Shown piece after piece: positions 8,527 through 17,424 of a DNA stretch of 20,000 nt. The stretch is from the NCBI GenBank assembly GCA_964576115.1, contig CAZNUA010000018.1, positions 45,196 through 65,195 of the forward strand. The letters run 5' to 3'. Below the pieces are notes generated by a model that saw nothing but the letters and a program-made list of their open reading frames with translations, was not told the origin of the DNA and ran no database searches. The stretch is from an uncultured Gemmatimonadota bacterium (GTDB taxonomy: Bacteria; Blakebacterota; Blakebacteria; Blakebacterales; Blakebacteraceae). The position numbers were made by a program, and so were the translations under genes. The first letter of the stretch is position 1, and every line of letters begins with the position of its first letter.

Positions 8527-9747
8527 ATGGATATCCCCCGCGACAGACGCGAGGTGCGTCGGGAGAAGCGCCGGCGCCTGATCCTCAGGAGCCTGCCGCC
8601 GGTGCTGGCGATGTCGCTCCTGCTCGGGGCCATCGTTCTGGCTTCGGGCCGCGATGAACCGGCTCCGATATCCGTGGCGGCGCCTCTGCCGCCGGCTTTG
8701 CCCGACAGCGTCTGGAATGCCCGGATCAACGACTGGGCGGCCGATGCGGTTCCTCTGACCAGTCTGCTGGTCTCGTGGCGCGACACCCTCATCATCGAGC
8801 ACTACGCCCCGGGTGTGACGCCCCATACCCGGGTGAATGTCAAATCGGTATCCAAGAGCGTTCTCTCCGCCCTCGTCGGCCTGGCGTTCGAACAGGGGCA
8901 CCTCGACAGCCTGGGACAGACGGTAGCCGACATCCTGCCCGAATACTTCACGGCCGAGACCGACCCGGGCAAACGGGAGATCACGATCGGCCATCTGCTG
9001 ACCATGTCAAGCGGGCTCGAAGGAACCAGCTTCGGCAACTACGATGCCTGGATCGCCAGCCGGAACTGGGTTCGGTACGCTCTGGACAGGCCCCTGCTGA
9101 ACGAGCCGGGCCGGCGGATGGTCTATTCGACCGGTAACACCCACCTGCTCTCGGTGATCCTGACCCGGGCAACGGGAATGAGTACCCTGGCCTTCGGCCG
9201 CCGCCACCTCTTCGAACCGATGGGGATTGCGATGCCGGCCTGGGATCGCGACCCGCAGGGCTACTACCTGGGGGGAAACAACATGCACTTCACCCCCCGG
9301 GAGATGCTTTCCTTCGGGCGACTGTATCTCGACGGCGGCTCATATCGGGGAAAGCAGCTCCTGAGTCCGGAATGGGTCAGCGCTTCGCTCGCGCCGACCG
9401 TCGGACGGCCCGGTCGTTCCGGATACGGTTACCTCTGGTGGTACCGTCGGATCTGGGGCTACGACGTCCACTACGCCAGCGGGTACGGCGGGCAGTATAT
9501 TGTGCTCGTGCCCGGGCTCGATCTGGTCGTGGTCATGACGACCTCGCTCACGAACCGGCCGCGGGGCACACCGCGCCCGCCGGTTTTTTCCCTGCTCTCC
9601 ACCCGCGTCCTGCCGGCGGTTCGGGATCGGCTGCGGCACGAGGAGAACGCCCGGCTGGCTGTCGCGGCCCGGCTGGTACCGGTGGCTCCTCCCGACGAAA
9701 CGATTCTGGGTCCCTACCTGGCGGCGCTCGCCGACACCGTTCGCTGA
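8527..9747 (+). CDS. Serine hydrolase, beta-lactamase class C / 6-aminohexanoate-dimer hydrolase-like
   Basis: SxxK (KSVSKS), HLLTMSSG, PG..MVYS, FGRLYLDGG, YGYLWW, ASGYGGQ; N-terminal TM anchor. Confidence 0.93.
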   Translation: MDIPRDRREVRREKRRRLILRSLPPVLAMSLLLGAIVLASGRDEPAPISVAAPLPPALPDSVWNARINDWAADAVPLTSLLVSWRDTLIIEHYAPGVTPHTRVNVKSVSKSVLSALVGLAFEQGHLDSLGQTVADILPEYFTAETDPGKREITIGHLLTMSSGLEGTSFGNYDAWIASRNWVRYALDRPLLNEPGRRMVYSTGNTHLLSVILTRATGMSTLAFGRRHLFEPMGIAMPAWDRDPQGYYLGGNNMHFTPREMLSFGRLYLDGGSYRGKQLLSPEWVSASLAPTVGRPGRSGYGYLWWYRRIWGYDVHYASGYGGQYIVLVPGLDLVVVMTTSLTNRPRGTPRPPVFSLLSTRVLPAVRDRLRHEENARLAVAARLVPVAPPDETILGPYLAALADTVR

Positions 9748-9815
9748 TTCCCGTCTCCTGCCGCCGATTGCGGCCGGTATCCTCCTCGTACCGCCTGTGG
9801 TCGTCGAGCCCGCCA

Positions 9816-9836
9816 TCTGCCCGGCTCACGGGCAGA
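9816..9836. other. GC-rich hairpin (possible terminator or processing stem)
   Basis: TCTGCCCG-gctca-CGGGCAGA, a perfect 8-bp stem in the intergenic region. No U-tract on either strand. Confidence 0.3.
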
Positions 9837-9894
9837 AGAGGGTAGTCCCGGCCGGCATCCGATCTGCATATTGGGCCGGTCAGGAGCAAACCCG

Positions 9895-10479
9895 ATGAGC
9901 AGCGACTTCACCGACATACGCCGACGTCTGGCCGCCCGCCGGCCCCGGCGGGCCGAGATGGACGGCCGGATCCCGGCCGCCGTGGCTGCTGTGCTGGTCG
10001 AAGGGGAAGAGGGATTGGAGATCCTGCTGATCAAGCGTAGCGAGCGCGAAGGCGATCCCTGGTCGGGTCAGATGGCCATGCCCGGCGGCCGCAGGGAACC
10101 CGAAGATGCCGACCTGCTCGAAACCGCCATCCGCGAGACCCGCGAAGAGACCGGGGTAGCTCTCTCGGACGCCGACCTGCTCGGCGAGCTGGACGACCTG
10201 AGCCCCGCGCACGAACACCTGCCTCCCATCCTGGTCCGGCCCTACGTCTTCGGTCTTCCTGTCCGCCCGCCGGCACACGCCCGCGATGAAGTCGATCTGG
10301 TTCTCTGGGTGCCCCTGCGCCGGCTGCGGGAGAGCCTGCAGGAAGAAGAGATCACCGTTCGGGAGTTCAACCTGAGGGCCCCCGGCTACCGGCTCGGAGA
10401 GCATTTTGTCTGGGGTCTGACCGAACGGATGCTCACGCCCTTCCTGGCCCTGCTCGACCTGCCCGCCCCCTTGGACTGA
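9895..10479 (+). CDS. CoA pyrophosphatase, Nudix family (NudL-like)
   Basis: AAVAAVL, LLIKRS..WSGQMAMPGG plus Nudix box ETAIRETREETG, C-terminal VWGLT; AGGAG RBS. Confidence 0.92.
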   Translation: MSSDFTDIRRRLAARRPRRAEMDGRIPAAVAAVLVEGEEGLEILLIKRSEREGDPWSGQMAMPGGRREPEDADLLETAIRETREETGVALSDADLLGELDDLSPAHEHLPPILVRPYVFGLPVRPPAHARDEVDLVLWVPLRRLRESLQEEEITVREFNLRAPGYRLGEHFVWGLTERMLTPFLALLDLPAPLD

Positions 10480-10488
10480 CGCGGCGGC

Positions 10489-12189
10489 TCAGAGCTCGCA
10501 CTCGCTCCCCGGTCCTGCAGTCACCCCCGCAACCTTCGCTCCCGTCTTGTCGCGGGTATACGTGCCCGGTGTAAACCGGGCGGCGGTGAAGACCGGACCG
10601 TCTACGCAGGCCCGCTCCCCCGACGGGGTCGAGCATTTTCCACAGATCCCGATTCCGCAACTCGTCATCCGCTCCACCAGGTGGTGGATCTGCTCCGGAT
10701 CGGCGTAGCGTCGGGCGATCGCGTCCACCCCGGCCATGGCCACTTCGGGACCGCAGGTAAAGAAGAGGGCGCCGGCGGGGGGATCATCGGCCAGATGCTC
10801 GGCGAGCAGTTCGGTCACCAATCCCGCAAAGCCGCGGCTACCGTCGTCGGTGGAAACCGCTACCGGCCCGAGGGCCTGCAGTTCCTCGAGGTAGACCAGT
10901 TCGGCCGAAGTCGTGGCGCCCACCACGATCCGTTTCGGGCCCTCGTGACACCGGGCGGCGTGATGGACCGGGGCGATTCCGCACCCCGCGCCCACAAAGA
11001 CGACCTCCCGCCCGGCCGGCAGCTCGAAGGCCCCGCCGTAGGGGCCGCGGATACGCACGATGCTGTTGGGGACCAGTTCGAAGACCTTCTCGGTCATCGG
11101 TCCGACCCGGCGCACGACCAGTTCGAGCCCGGAGCCGCAGGCCGCGACCGAAAAGGGCCGGGCCAGTCCGGTTCCGAGCTTGAGAAAGACGAACTGCCCC
11201 GTTGCGGCCTCCAGATCCTCGTAAAAACGGATCCGGCGCAGCTTGGGGCCGTAGTCGGTCACCGCAGCTACGGTGAAGGGGCGGTAAGTCATCAGCGGGC
11301 GGTCGAGGGTCAGTTCGGCGGCCGAGTCGGTCCCTTCGGCCAGGTCGGTTTCGAGCCGCTGGAAGTATTCCCGGATCCCGGCCGAGTCGAGGCCGCCCAG
11401 AGACGAACCGATAGCGTAGAAGAAGCCCGGATCTATGTCGTCGAGCCGGCGGATGTCGGCCGCGCCCCGGATGCCGCCCATGACGATGAAGGGCACCCCG
11501 GTCACCGCTCTGAGCCGGCGGACGGTGTCGAGGGTAACGGGGAAAATCGGGGGCCCCGAGAGCCCTCCGAAACCGTTGGTCAGCTCGGGATTCGGGCCTC
11601 CCAGGGTATTGATGGCCGACAGGGCGTCGGCCCCGGCTTCGACTGCGGCCCGGGCGACCTCTTCGAGGCGCTCCACACCGGCATTGAGCTTGACCACCAG
11701 GGGCCGCGGGCACACCCGCCGGACCGCCGCCACGATCCCGGCCACGCACTCGGGATCGGAGCCGATCAGAATGCCCCCCTTCTCGACATGCGGGCAGGAG
11801 ACGTTGATCTCGATCCCGTCCACATCTCCGGCCGCTTCGAAAGCCGCTGCGGCCTGCGCGAAACCCGCCTCGCTGCTCTCCCCGATCTGGGCCAGCAGGA
11901 AGACATCGGGCGGAGCGCTCGCCCGCAGAGCCCGGAAGCTCTCCACCATCGGTTCCAGGCCCGGATTGGCATAGCCGACCGCGTTCCAGAGAGCGGTCGG
12001 AGCGGGTTGAGTGAGAATGTCCTCGGCGTACCCCGTGCGCGGTTCGATTGTCGTGCTCTTGCCCACGAAGAAACCCAGTTGAGGGATGTTTTCGAGCATC
12101 CACCGGGCGGTGTCGTCGTTGGTGGCGATTACTCCCGAGGGGAAGCCGAACCGTCCGCGCACCTGTTTCCCGAGCAAGGTGTATGACAC
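10489..12189 (-). CDS. pyrD: Fused class 1B dihydroorotate dehydrogenase: catalytic PyrD domain plus electron-transfer PyrK domain
   Basis: N-half has KSTT.EPR.G, NAVG.ANPG, EINVSCPH, VKL, INT, GGLSG, MGGI. C-half has RPFS, RGPYG, VGAGCGIAP, TDDGS.G, CGPE..M and CGIGICGKC-X9-C. GTG start at 12189 after AGGAG. Confidence 0.92.
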   Translation of the reverse strand: MSYTLLGKQVRGRFGFPSGVIATNDDTARWMLENIPQLGFFVGKSTTIEPRTGYAEDILTQPAPTALWNAVGYANPGLEPMVESFRALRASAPPDVFLLAQIGESSEAGFAQAAAAFEAAGDVDGIEINVSCPHVEKGGILIGSDPECVAGIVAAVRRVCPRPLVVKLNAGVERLEEVARAAVEAGADALSAINTLGGPNPELTNGFGGLSGPPIFPVTLDTVRRLRAVTGVPFIVMGGIRGAADIRRLDDIDPGFFYAIGSSLGGLDSAGIREYFQRLETDLAEGTDSAAELTLDRPLMTYRPFTVAAVTDYGPKLRRIRFYEDLEAATGQFVFLKLGTGLARPFSVAACGSGLELVVRRVGPMTEKVFELVPNSIVRIRGPYGGAFELPAGREVVFVGAGCGIAPVHHAARCHEGPKRIVVGATTSAELVYLEELQALGPVAVSTDDGSRGFAGLVTELLAEHLADDPPAGALFFTCGPEVAMAGVDAIARRYADPEQIHHLVERMTSCGIGICGKCSTPSGERACVDGPVFTAARFTPGTYTRDKTGAKVAGVTAGPGSECEL

Positions 12190-12232
12190 CGCTCCTGCCT
12201 CCCTTTCCCGTCCTCCGGTTCCCGGTTGCCTC

Positions 12233-12997
12233 TCAGTCGCCCTGTTGATCGAGGGCTTCGGCGATATCATCGAGGACCTCACCGGCCGCCGCTTGCTGAT
12301 CGGCGGCGGCGGTGATAGCCCGCCCGATCACGAGCAGCGACGAACCGGCGGCAACCGCCCGACCCGGACTCATGACCCGTTTCTGGTCCTCCCCGGCCGG
12401 GGTGGTCGTGCCCCGGATCCCCGGGGTGACGTACATGAAACCGGGTTCGAGTTCGGGGCGCAGGGTCTCCAGGTCGAGAGCCGAACAGACGATCCCGTCC
12501 AGACCGGCGGTAGCACTCAGATGTGCCAGCCGCAGGACCTGGGTCTCGAGATCGCCCGGCACGCCGCATTCGGTGTTCAGGATCTCTTCGTCGATGCTGG
12601 TCAGCACGGTTACGGCAACGATCTTCGGGCGCCGACGGCCGGCTCCGGCTGCGCTCTCGGCTCCCTCGCGGGCCGCTTCCATCATCGCCCGCCCCCCCGC
12701 GGCGTGTACGTTGAACAGGCTGACGCCGAGTTCGGCCGCGGCCCGGGCCGCCCCGCGCACCGTATTGGGGATGTCGTGGTATTTCAGGTCGAGGAAAACC
12801 CCGCTGCCGGACCGATGGACTTCATCGATCACCGCCGGCCCGAACCGGGTATACGATTCCTTGCCGATCTTGAAGATGCCGACGAAAGAGCCGAGCAGTT
12901 CCAGCCGCTCCCGGATATCGGCCAGGCTGTCGAGGCCGTCCAGGGGCAGACAGACCATCGCCCGGGCCGCTTCCCGGGCTGCTGAGAGCTGGCTCAC
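12233..12997 (-). CDS. pyrF: Orotidine-5'-phosphate decarboxylase
   Basis: FLDLKYHDIPNT, NVHAAGG, AVTVLTS, TPGIR, DQKRVMSP, VIGRAIT; GTG start after AGGAG. Confidence 0.97.
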   Translation of the reverse strand: MSQLSAAREAARAMVCLPLDGLDSLADIRERLELLGSFVGIFKIGKESYTRFGPAVIDEVHRSGSGVFLDLKYHDIPNTVRGAARAAAELGVSLFNVHAAGGRAMMEAAREGAESAAGAGRRRPKIVAVTVLTSIDEEILNTECGVPGDLETQVLRLAHLSATAGLDGIVCSALDLETLRPELEPGFMYVTPGIRGTTTPAGEDQKRVMSPGRAVAAGSSLLVIGRAITAAADQQAAAGEVLDDIAEALDQQGD

Positions 12998-13018
12998 GTT
13001 CCGGCTCCTTTCCACCGC

Positions 13019-13702
13019 TCACTCGACTTTCGGAAACCCGTGCTTCTCGCCCCAGCCGAAGGGATCGCGGCGCCACTCGTCGAGCAGGGCGAGCTCGTCG
13101 TCGGTAAAACTGCCGCTCTCGCGGGCGGTGGCGAGCAGAACATCGAAAGTCAGCAGAGAACGGACCGTGCAGGGGGGCTCGAGGGCCCCAAAGGCTTCGG
13201 CGGCCCGCTCCAGACCGTAGCTGAAGATCGCGAAGCAGTGATCGGCACGCCCGTTGGCCTCGCGCACGGCCTCGACCGCGCGGGCCGAACTGCCCCCGGT
13301 CGAAACCAGGTCCTCGATCACCACCACCCGCCGTCCTTCCAGATCGCGGTCGGCATCGATCCCCTCGATGCGGTTCTTCAGACCGTGCCCCTTCGGTTTA
13401 TCCCGGATGTAGATGAAGGGCAGGGAGAGGTGGTCGGCCAGAGAAGCGCCGTGGGGGATCCCGGCCGTGGCTGTGCCGGCGACTACCTCCGGATCGGCCC
13501 CGGCCCCGGCGATGAGATCGGCCAGGCCGGCCACGATCACCTTCCGTATCCCGGGATGGAAGAGAAACATACGGTTGTCGTTGTAGATCGGCATGCGGTA
13601 ACCCGAAGCCCACTGAAAGGGATCCCCGGGACTCAACTTGATGGCGCCGATCCGCAGACCCTCGCCAGCGATGATGCGTCCGATCTCGTCGATGGTCCTC
13701 AA
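13019..13702 (-). CDS. pyrE: Orotate phosphoribosyltransferase
   Basis: PFQWASG..PIYNDNR, GTATAGIP, IRDKPKGHG, PRPP motif VVIEDLVSTGGS; TTG start at 13702 after GGAGGAGG. Confidence 0.96.
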   Translation of the reverse strand: MRTIDEIGRIIAGEGLRIGAIKLSPGDPFQWASGYRMPIYNDNRMFLFHPGIRKVIVAGLADLIAGAGADPEVVAGTATAGIPHGASLADHLSLPFIYIRDKPKGHGLKNRIEGIDADRDLEGRRVVVIEDLVSTGGSSARAVEAVREANGRADHCFAIFSYGLERAAEAFGALEPPCTVRSLLTFDVLLATARESGSFTDDELALLDEWRRDPFGWGEKHGFPKVE

Positions 13703-13730
13703 CCCTCCTCCGCCCGGGCGGGCTCGGCGT

Positions 13731-13759
13731 ATTGTACGCCTTCGGGCCGGAGGGTCCAA
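13731..13759 (-). promoter_or_regulatory. Sigma70-type promoter of the pyrE-pyrF-pyrD cluster
   Basis: TTGGAC-N17-TACAAT about 29 nt upstream of the pyrE start. Confidence 0.6.
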
Positions 13760-13797
13760 CCGCGATTCAAGCGGCCGGCGGCGATTGCCCCGGGGGT

Positions 13798-15111
13798 TCA
13801 GGCGGGCGGGGGGATCTGGAGTCGATAGCGGCGCACGATCGGCCGGCCCTCGTCGTCTACGGTCAGGCAGATGAAAGAGTCGCCTTCGATGACAGGCTCC
13901 GGTTGCGACGCAAAGCCTTCCGGCACGGGCACCCGCCCCAGGTAGCGGCCGGTTGCCTCCTCGAAGACCTCGAACCAGGTGTCCTCGGCCCAGGCCGGGG
14001 AGCGTTCCCACCCGCGCCAGTCGTCGGGTTCGGTCCAGCCCTCGACCGGCCGGCCCTCGCCGGTGCGAAGTACCCAGAGGCGACCGCTGCGGTCGGGGAT
14101 GACGGCGGCGTACCACGGTTTGGTGTCCGGGATCTGGGGCCCGTTCCAGGCCCAGCCGGGCCGGAAGTGCCGCATGATGGCCTGAACCCGGCGCGTGTAC
14201 CACGCCTTCTCGGTTCCAAGCACCCGGACCGGCTCGGCGGTGCGCTCGATGACGGTGCGCCGGCCGTCAGGGTAGTGGACCTCGAAGCGATAGTCAGCTG
14301 CATAGCCGGTGATGAGAGCGCCCTCCCAGGTCAGGCTCCAGACCTCCTGGGGACCGAAGGGCACCGGCTCGGGGCGGTAGTTCCCCTGCTCATCGGCCAC
14401 GGCGGTCAGAATAAAGTGCTCGTGTTCGTATTCGGGCAGGCGCAGGGTGTCGATGATGGCGCCGGTTGCATCGAGGGCGAAGAAAATATAGGTGTTCACG
14501 TACCCCAGGTCGGTCTCGGGTGCCGGACGGTAGGTGAATTGCGTTACGATCGGCACTCCGGTACGGGTGACGCGCAGCAGCAGGTTCGATCCGCTCAACC
14601 CTCCCTGCAGACCGGGGTGCAGGGTCTCGAGGTACTCCCCCTCGAGGGTGAAGCGGTGCAGGATGCCGCCCACCCCCTCGCGCACGATCAGAAGCTCCTT
14701 GACCGGATCGATCCCCACATCGGTCGGCCAGATCAGTTCGCCCGGCCCGCGGCCCTGGCGGCCGATGTTCCCGACGTGGTTCCCGGCCCGGTCGTACACC
14801 TTGATGGTGTAATAGGAAGCATCGCAGATGTAGACCCGGTCGGCGGTGGCGTCGATACCGACAACTTCTCCGAGCAGGTCGTGTTCGCCCCGGGTTTCGG
14901 TCCCGATGGCGGCTTCTTCGATCAGACGTCCCTCGCCGCTCCAGACCGAACCCCCGGTGGTCCGGACGATCAGGGTGGTTCCCTCGGTGGTCGTCTCGCC
15001 CTGCCAGTCACCGGTCTGCCCGTTACTCTGCGGGGCGGCGTTGCAGGCGGTCAGGAGGATCAGCATCCCGATCGAGGTGATGAGCCGTTCGTGCTGAAAA
15101 CGGGATGTCAT
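13798..15111 (-). CDS. 6-bladed beta-propeller (NHL/DUF5128-like) lipoprotein
   Basis: AAGGAG RBS before ATG 15111; lipobox LLTAC; IKVYDRAG..VGNIGRQGRGPGEL..P repeat motif; DRSGRLWV. Confidence 0.85.
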   Translation of the reverse strand: MTSRFQHERLITSIGMLILLTACNAAPQSNGQTGDWQGETTTEGTTLIVRTTGGSVWSGEGRLIEEAAIGTETRGEHDLLGEVVGIDATADRVYICDASYYTIKVYDRAGNHVGNIGRQGRGPGELIWPTDVGIDPVKELLIVREGVGGILHRFTLEGEYLETLHPGLQGGLSGSNLLLRVTRTGVPIVTQFTYRPAPETDLGYVNTYIFFALDATGAIIDTLRLPEYEHEHFILTAVADEQGNYRPEPVPFGPQEVWSLTWEGALITGYAADYRFEVHYPDGRRTVIERTAEPVRVLGTEKAWYTRRVQAIMRHFRPGWAWNGPQIPDTKPWYAAVIPDRSGRLWVLRTGEGRPVEGWTEPDDWRGWERSPAWAEDTWFEVFEEATGRYLGRVPVPEGFASQPEPVIEGDSFICLTVDDEGRPIVRRYRLQIPPPA

Positions 15112-15231
15112 GATCGTGCTCCTTTTGGAGTGAGACCGGGCGCGTACTCCCTCAAACGAGGTCCCGGGGGTATAGTTCTGCAACAGTGCAGGCAACCGTC
15201 CGGTTCGCAGTCCCTGCCGTCGGCTGATGAT

Positions 15232-17181
15232 TCAGCGTGTCCGCTCCCGCACCGGCAGGACGAGCCGCGAAGGATAGACTGCGTTCCTCTCGACCGTGAT
15301 GGCCGGCATTCCCTGCTCGGGGCAGCGGTGCGCCATCGACTCGTCGTGCCCGGCGATCGCCACGCGGATGGCGTGCCCGGCCCGAAACACGGTGGAGAAG
15401 GGCAGCAGGGTGAGGCCGATCTCGGTGACCTCGCCCGGCACCAGGGGTGCCGCGTCTCCGGTCCTGAAAGTGTGGTAGATCCCGAGCGGCACGAAGGGGG
15501 CCTGCGTTGGATCCTTCTCTTTCCGATGGCGGGCCCGGAGCATCCCCTCGGTGAGATAGGTCACCCTCCCGTCGGGTGAGACGTCCTCCAGATAGACATG
15601 GAAGGCGCCGTCCTCGAAGTCGGATGAAACGTACAGGCGCACCGTCGGACTGCCGGTCATCTCCAGGTCGGCCGGGAGCGGAGCCGAGGTGTAGACCAGG
15701 AGTTTTTCGTCTTCCTCGCGGCGGTCGCCGTAGTGCACCTGATTTCCCATCTGGGCCATCCAGCGGTTTTCGTCGCCGGTCGTGGCGGTGAAATCGACCT
15801 CATAGCGGTCGTTCCCTTGCCGACCCGCGGGGCTGTCGTTCGCCAGGAGGTTGTCCGGCGCGAAGTACCAGGTCCGGTCGGCGATCCCCGCGGGGGGCCA
15901 GGTGGGCGTCACGGTCCACTCGTTCAAGCCGTAAGTGAAGTAGAGGATGCGTCTGGGCTCGCTTTCATTCGTGCCCGCTTTCAGGTGGCGATCGAACCAG
16001 GTGAACATGTCCTCGCAGATGTCGGACGGCGCTTCCTCGAAACCGGGCGCCCGTCCCTGGTCACCGAAGAGATCCACGATGTTGCTCAGCTGATGTCCGG
16101 TCGGCCCGATTACCACTTTCTGGGGTGAAGCGAAGGTCAGATACTTTGACAGCACGCCCTTGGCGACCTCGGCGTCGAGCCATCCGGCCCGGGTGTAGGT
16201 GTTGACGCCCGCCGCTTCGATCCGGGCCCGGTAGGTGTACAGGGCGACGTCCTCCACCGCACAGGCGAACCCGGGCATGGTCTGATCCGTGTACTCGATC
16301 TGCTCGAGATAGGCGTAGAGCCCGGTATTTTCCCGCCTGTCTCGCAAGGCCTGTTCGAAGATCGCGAGGTCGCCGGCCTCCGTCGGTCGGCGAAGACCCC
16401 GGATGAGCGACCGGTAGAACAGTTTCTGGAACAAGGAGAGTTCCTCCACCCCCTCGGAGAGCGCGAAGAGGCTGTCCATATCGTCCAGGTCCATGGCTTT
16501 GATCATCCGCGCCCAGGCGTGGATGAACTCCGCCGAGCCCAGTCCTCCGGGCCGGATGACCGTATAAGGATCGAAATCGGGAGCGACGACGTGGACGGCC
16601 TGCAGGGCGGGATGCCCGGTGGCGCAGCTGACCTCGGCGGTGGTGCCCGAGTAGGAACCGCCCATGGCCCCGACGTGCCCGTTCGACCACGGCTGATCGA
16701 CGATCCAGTCGAAGCCGGCCGAAATGGCGTCGACCTCGTTCGGCGGGTACTCCGCCGGTCTCGGCCCGCTCGACTGGCAGGAACCGGGGGACTGGATCCG
16801 GACGAAGGCATACCCCCTGGTCGTGAATCGCGCCGCCGGGCCCTGATTGAGGTCGGCCTGCAGGCCCCAGGTCTGCAGCACCTGGTAGAGCCAGCCGGGG
16901 TCGTATTCCTCGAGATATCGGGAGGTCTCGATCACCGTCGGGATCCTCTGGCCCGATTCGAGGTCCTCCGGCAGCCAGGCACTGATCCAGATCTGTGTCC
17001 GGGAGTCGAGTGCGAGATAAGTCGTGACGTTCACCGGCCAGCCGGCCGGGATCGTCCTGCGGGTGTAATCGGGCGCGAACGCGATCCCGATTCCGACGAA
17101 CAGGACCAGCACGCCGCCAACCGCACCGAGCCCGATTCCGATCCAATGGAAAATGGATTTCCGGTTCTTCCTGCGACTCAT
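15232..17181 (-). CDS. CocE/NonD family serine hydrolase, membrane anchored
   Basis: WIVDQPWSNGHVGAMGGSYSG (nucleophile), GWLD, IGPTGH, LVYTSAPL..D.EMTG.P, FRAGHAIRVAI; N-terminal TM. Confidence 0.94.
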   Translation of the reverse strand: MSRRKNRKSIFHWIGIGLGAVGGVLVLFVGIGIAFAPDYTRRTIPAGWPVNVTTYLALDSRTQIWISAWLPEDLESGQRIPTVIETSRYLEEYDPGWLYQVLQTWGLQADLNQGPAARFTTRGYAFVRIQSPGSCQSSGPRPAEYPPNEVDAISAGFDWIVDQPWSNGHVGAMGGSYSGTTAEVSCATGHPALQAVHVVAPDFDPYTVIRPGGLGSAEFIHAWARMIKAMDLDDMDSLFALSEGVEELSLFQKLFYRSLIRGLRRPTEAGDLAIFEQALRDRRENTGLYAYLEQIEYTDQTMPGFACAVEDVALYTYRARIEAAGVNTYTRAGWLDAEVAKGVLSKYLTFASPQKVVIGPTGHQLSNIVDLFGDQGRAPGFEEAPSDICEDMFTWFDRHLKAGTNESEPRRILYFTYGLNEWTVTPTWPPAGIADRTWYFAPDNLLANDSPAGRQGNDRYEVDFTATTGDENRWMAQMGNQVHYGDRREEDEKLLVYTSAPLPADLEMTGSPTVRLYVSSDFEDGAFHVYLEDVSPDGRVTYLTEGMLRARHRKEKDPTQAPFVPLGIYHTFRTGDAAPLVPGEVTEIGLTLLPFSTVFRAGHAIRVAIAGHDESMAHRCPEQGMPAITVERNAVYPSRLVLPVRERTR

Positions 17182-17424
17182 CCTGTTTGTCCCTTGTCTG
17201 TCGGCGATACACTGATCCCGGTGGGAGCGTTCCGGGACGCGGGAATATCTGTTCTACGAGGAACACCGGGCCTTCGGTTCCATCAATAGATTCCGCCTGT
17301 GACGGAAAGTATGCCCCCGTTGCGGTTCCTTGCGGAGCAGACCACCCTCATCCGCTGCGGGACCGGTGTCGTATATGGTCATGAGTGATCCGGGGGCACA
17401 TCCCCGGCACCGGAGGAGATCCGG

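Noticed and set aside
8527-9747. Antibiotic-resistance AmpC call
   Set aside because: It has YS-T rather than YxN and ASG rather than KTG, which fits the broad esterase/amidase group.
13703-14203. Apparent 394 aa PyrE with an N-terminal fusion
   Set aside because: The extension overlaps the propeller gene; a strong SD and a promoter support TTG 13702.
13732-15579. Long opposite-strand and alternative-frame ORFs (615 aa here; also 10681-12186, 3540-4934, 4648-5919, 1345-2289, 16061-17266)
   Set aside because: Shadows of well-supported genes, expected in high-GC DNA; no recognisable motifs.
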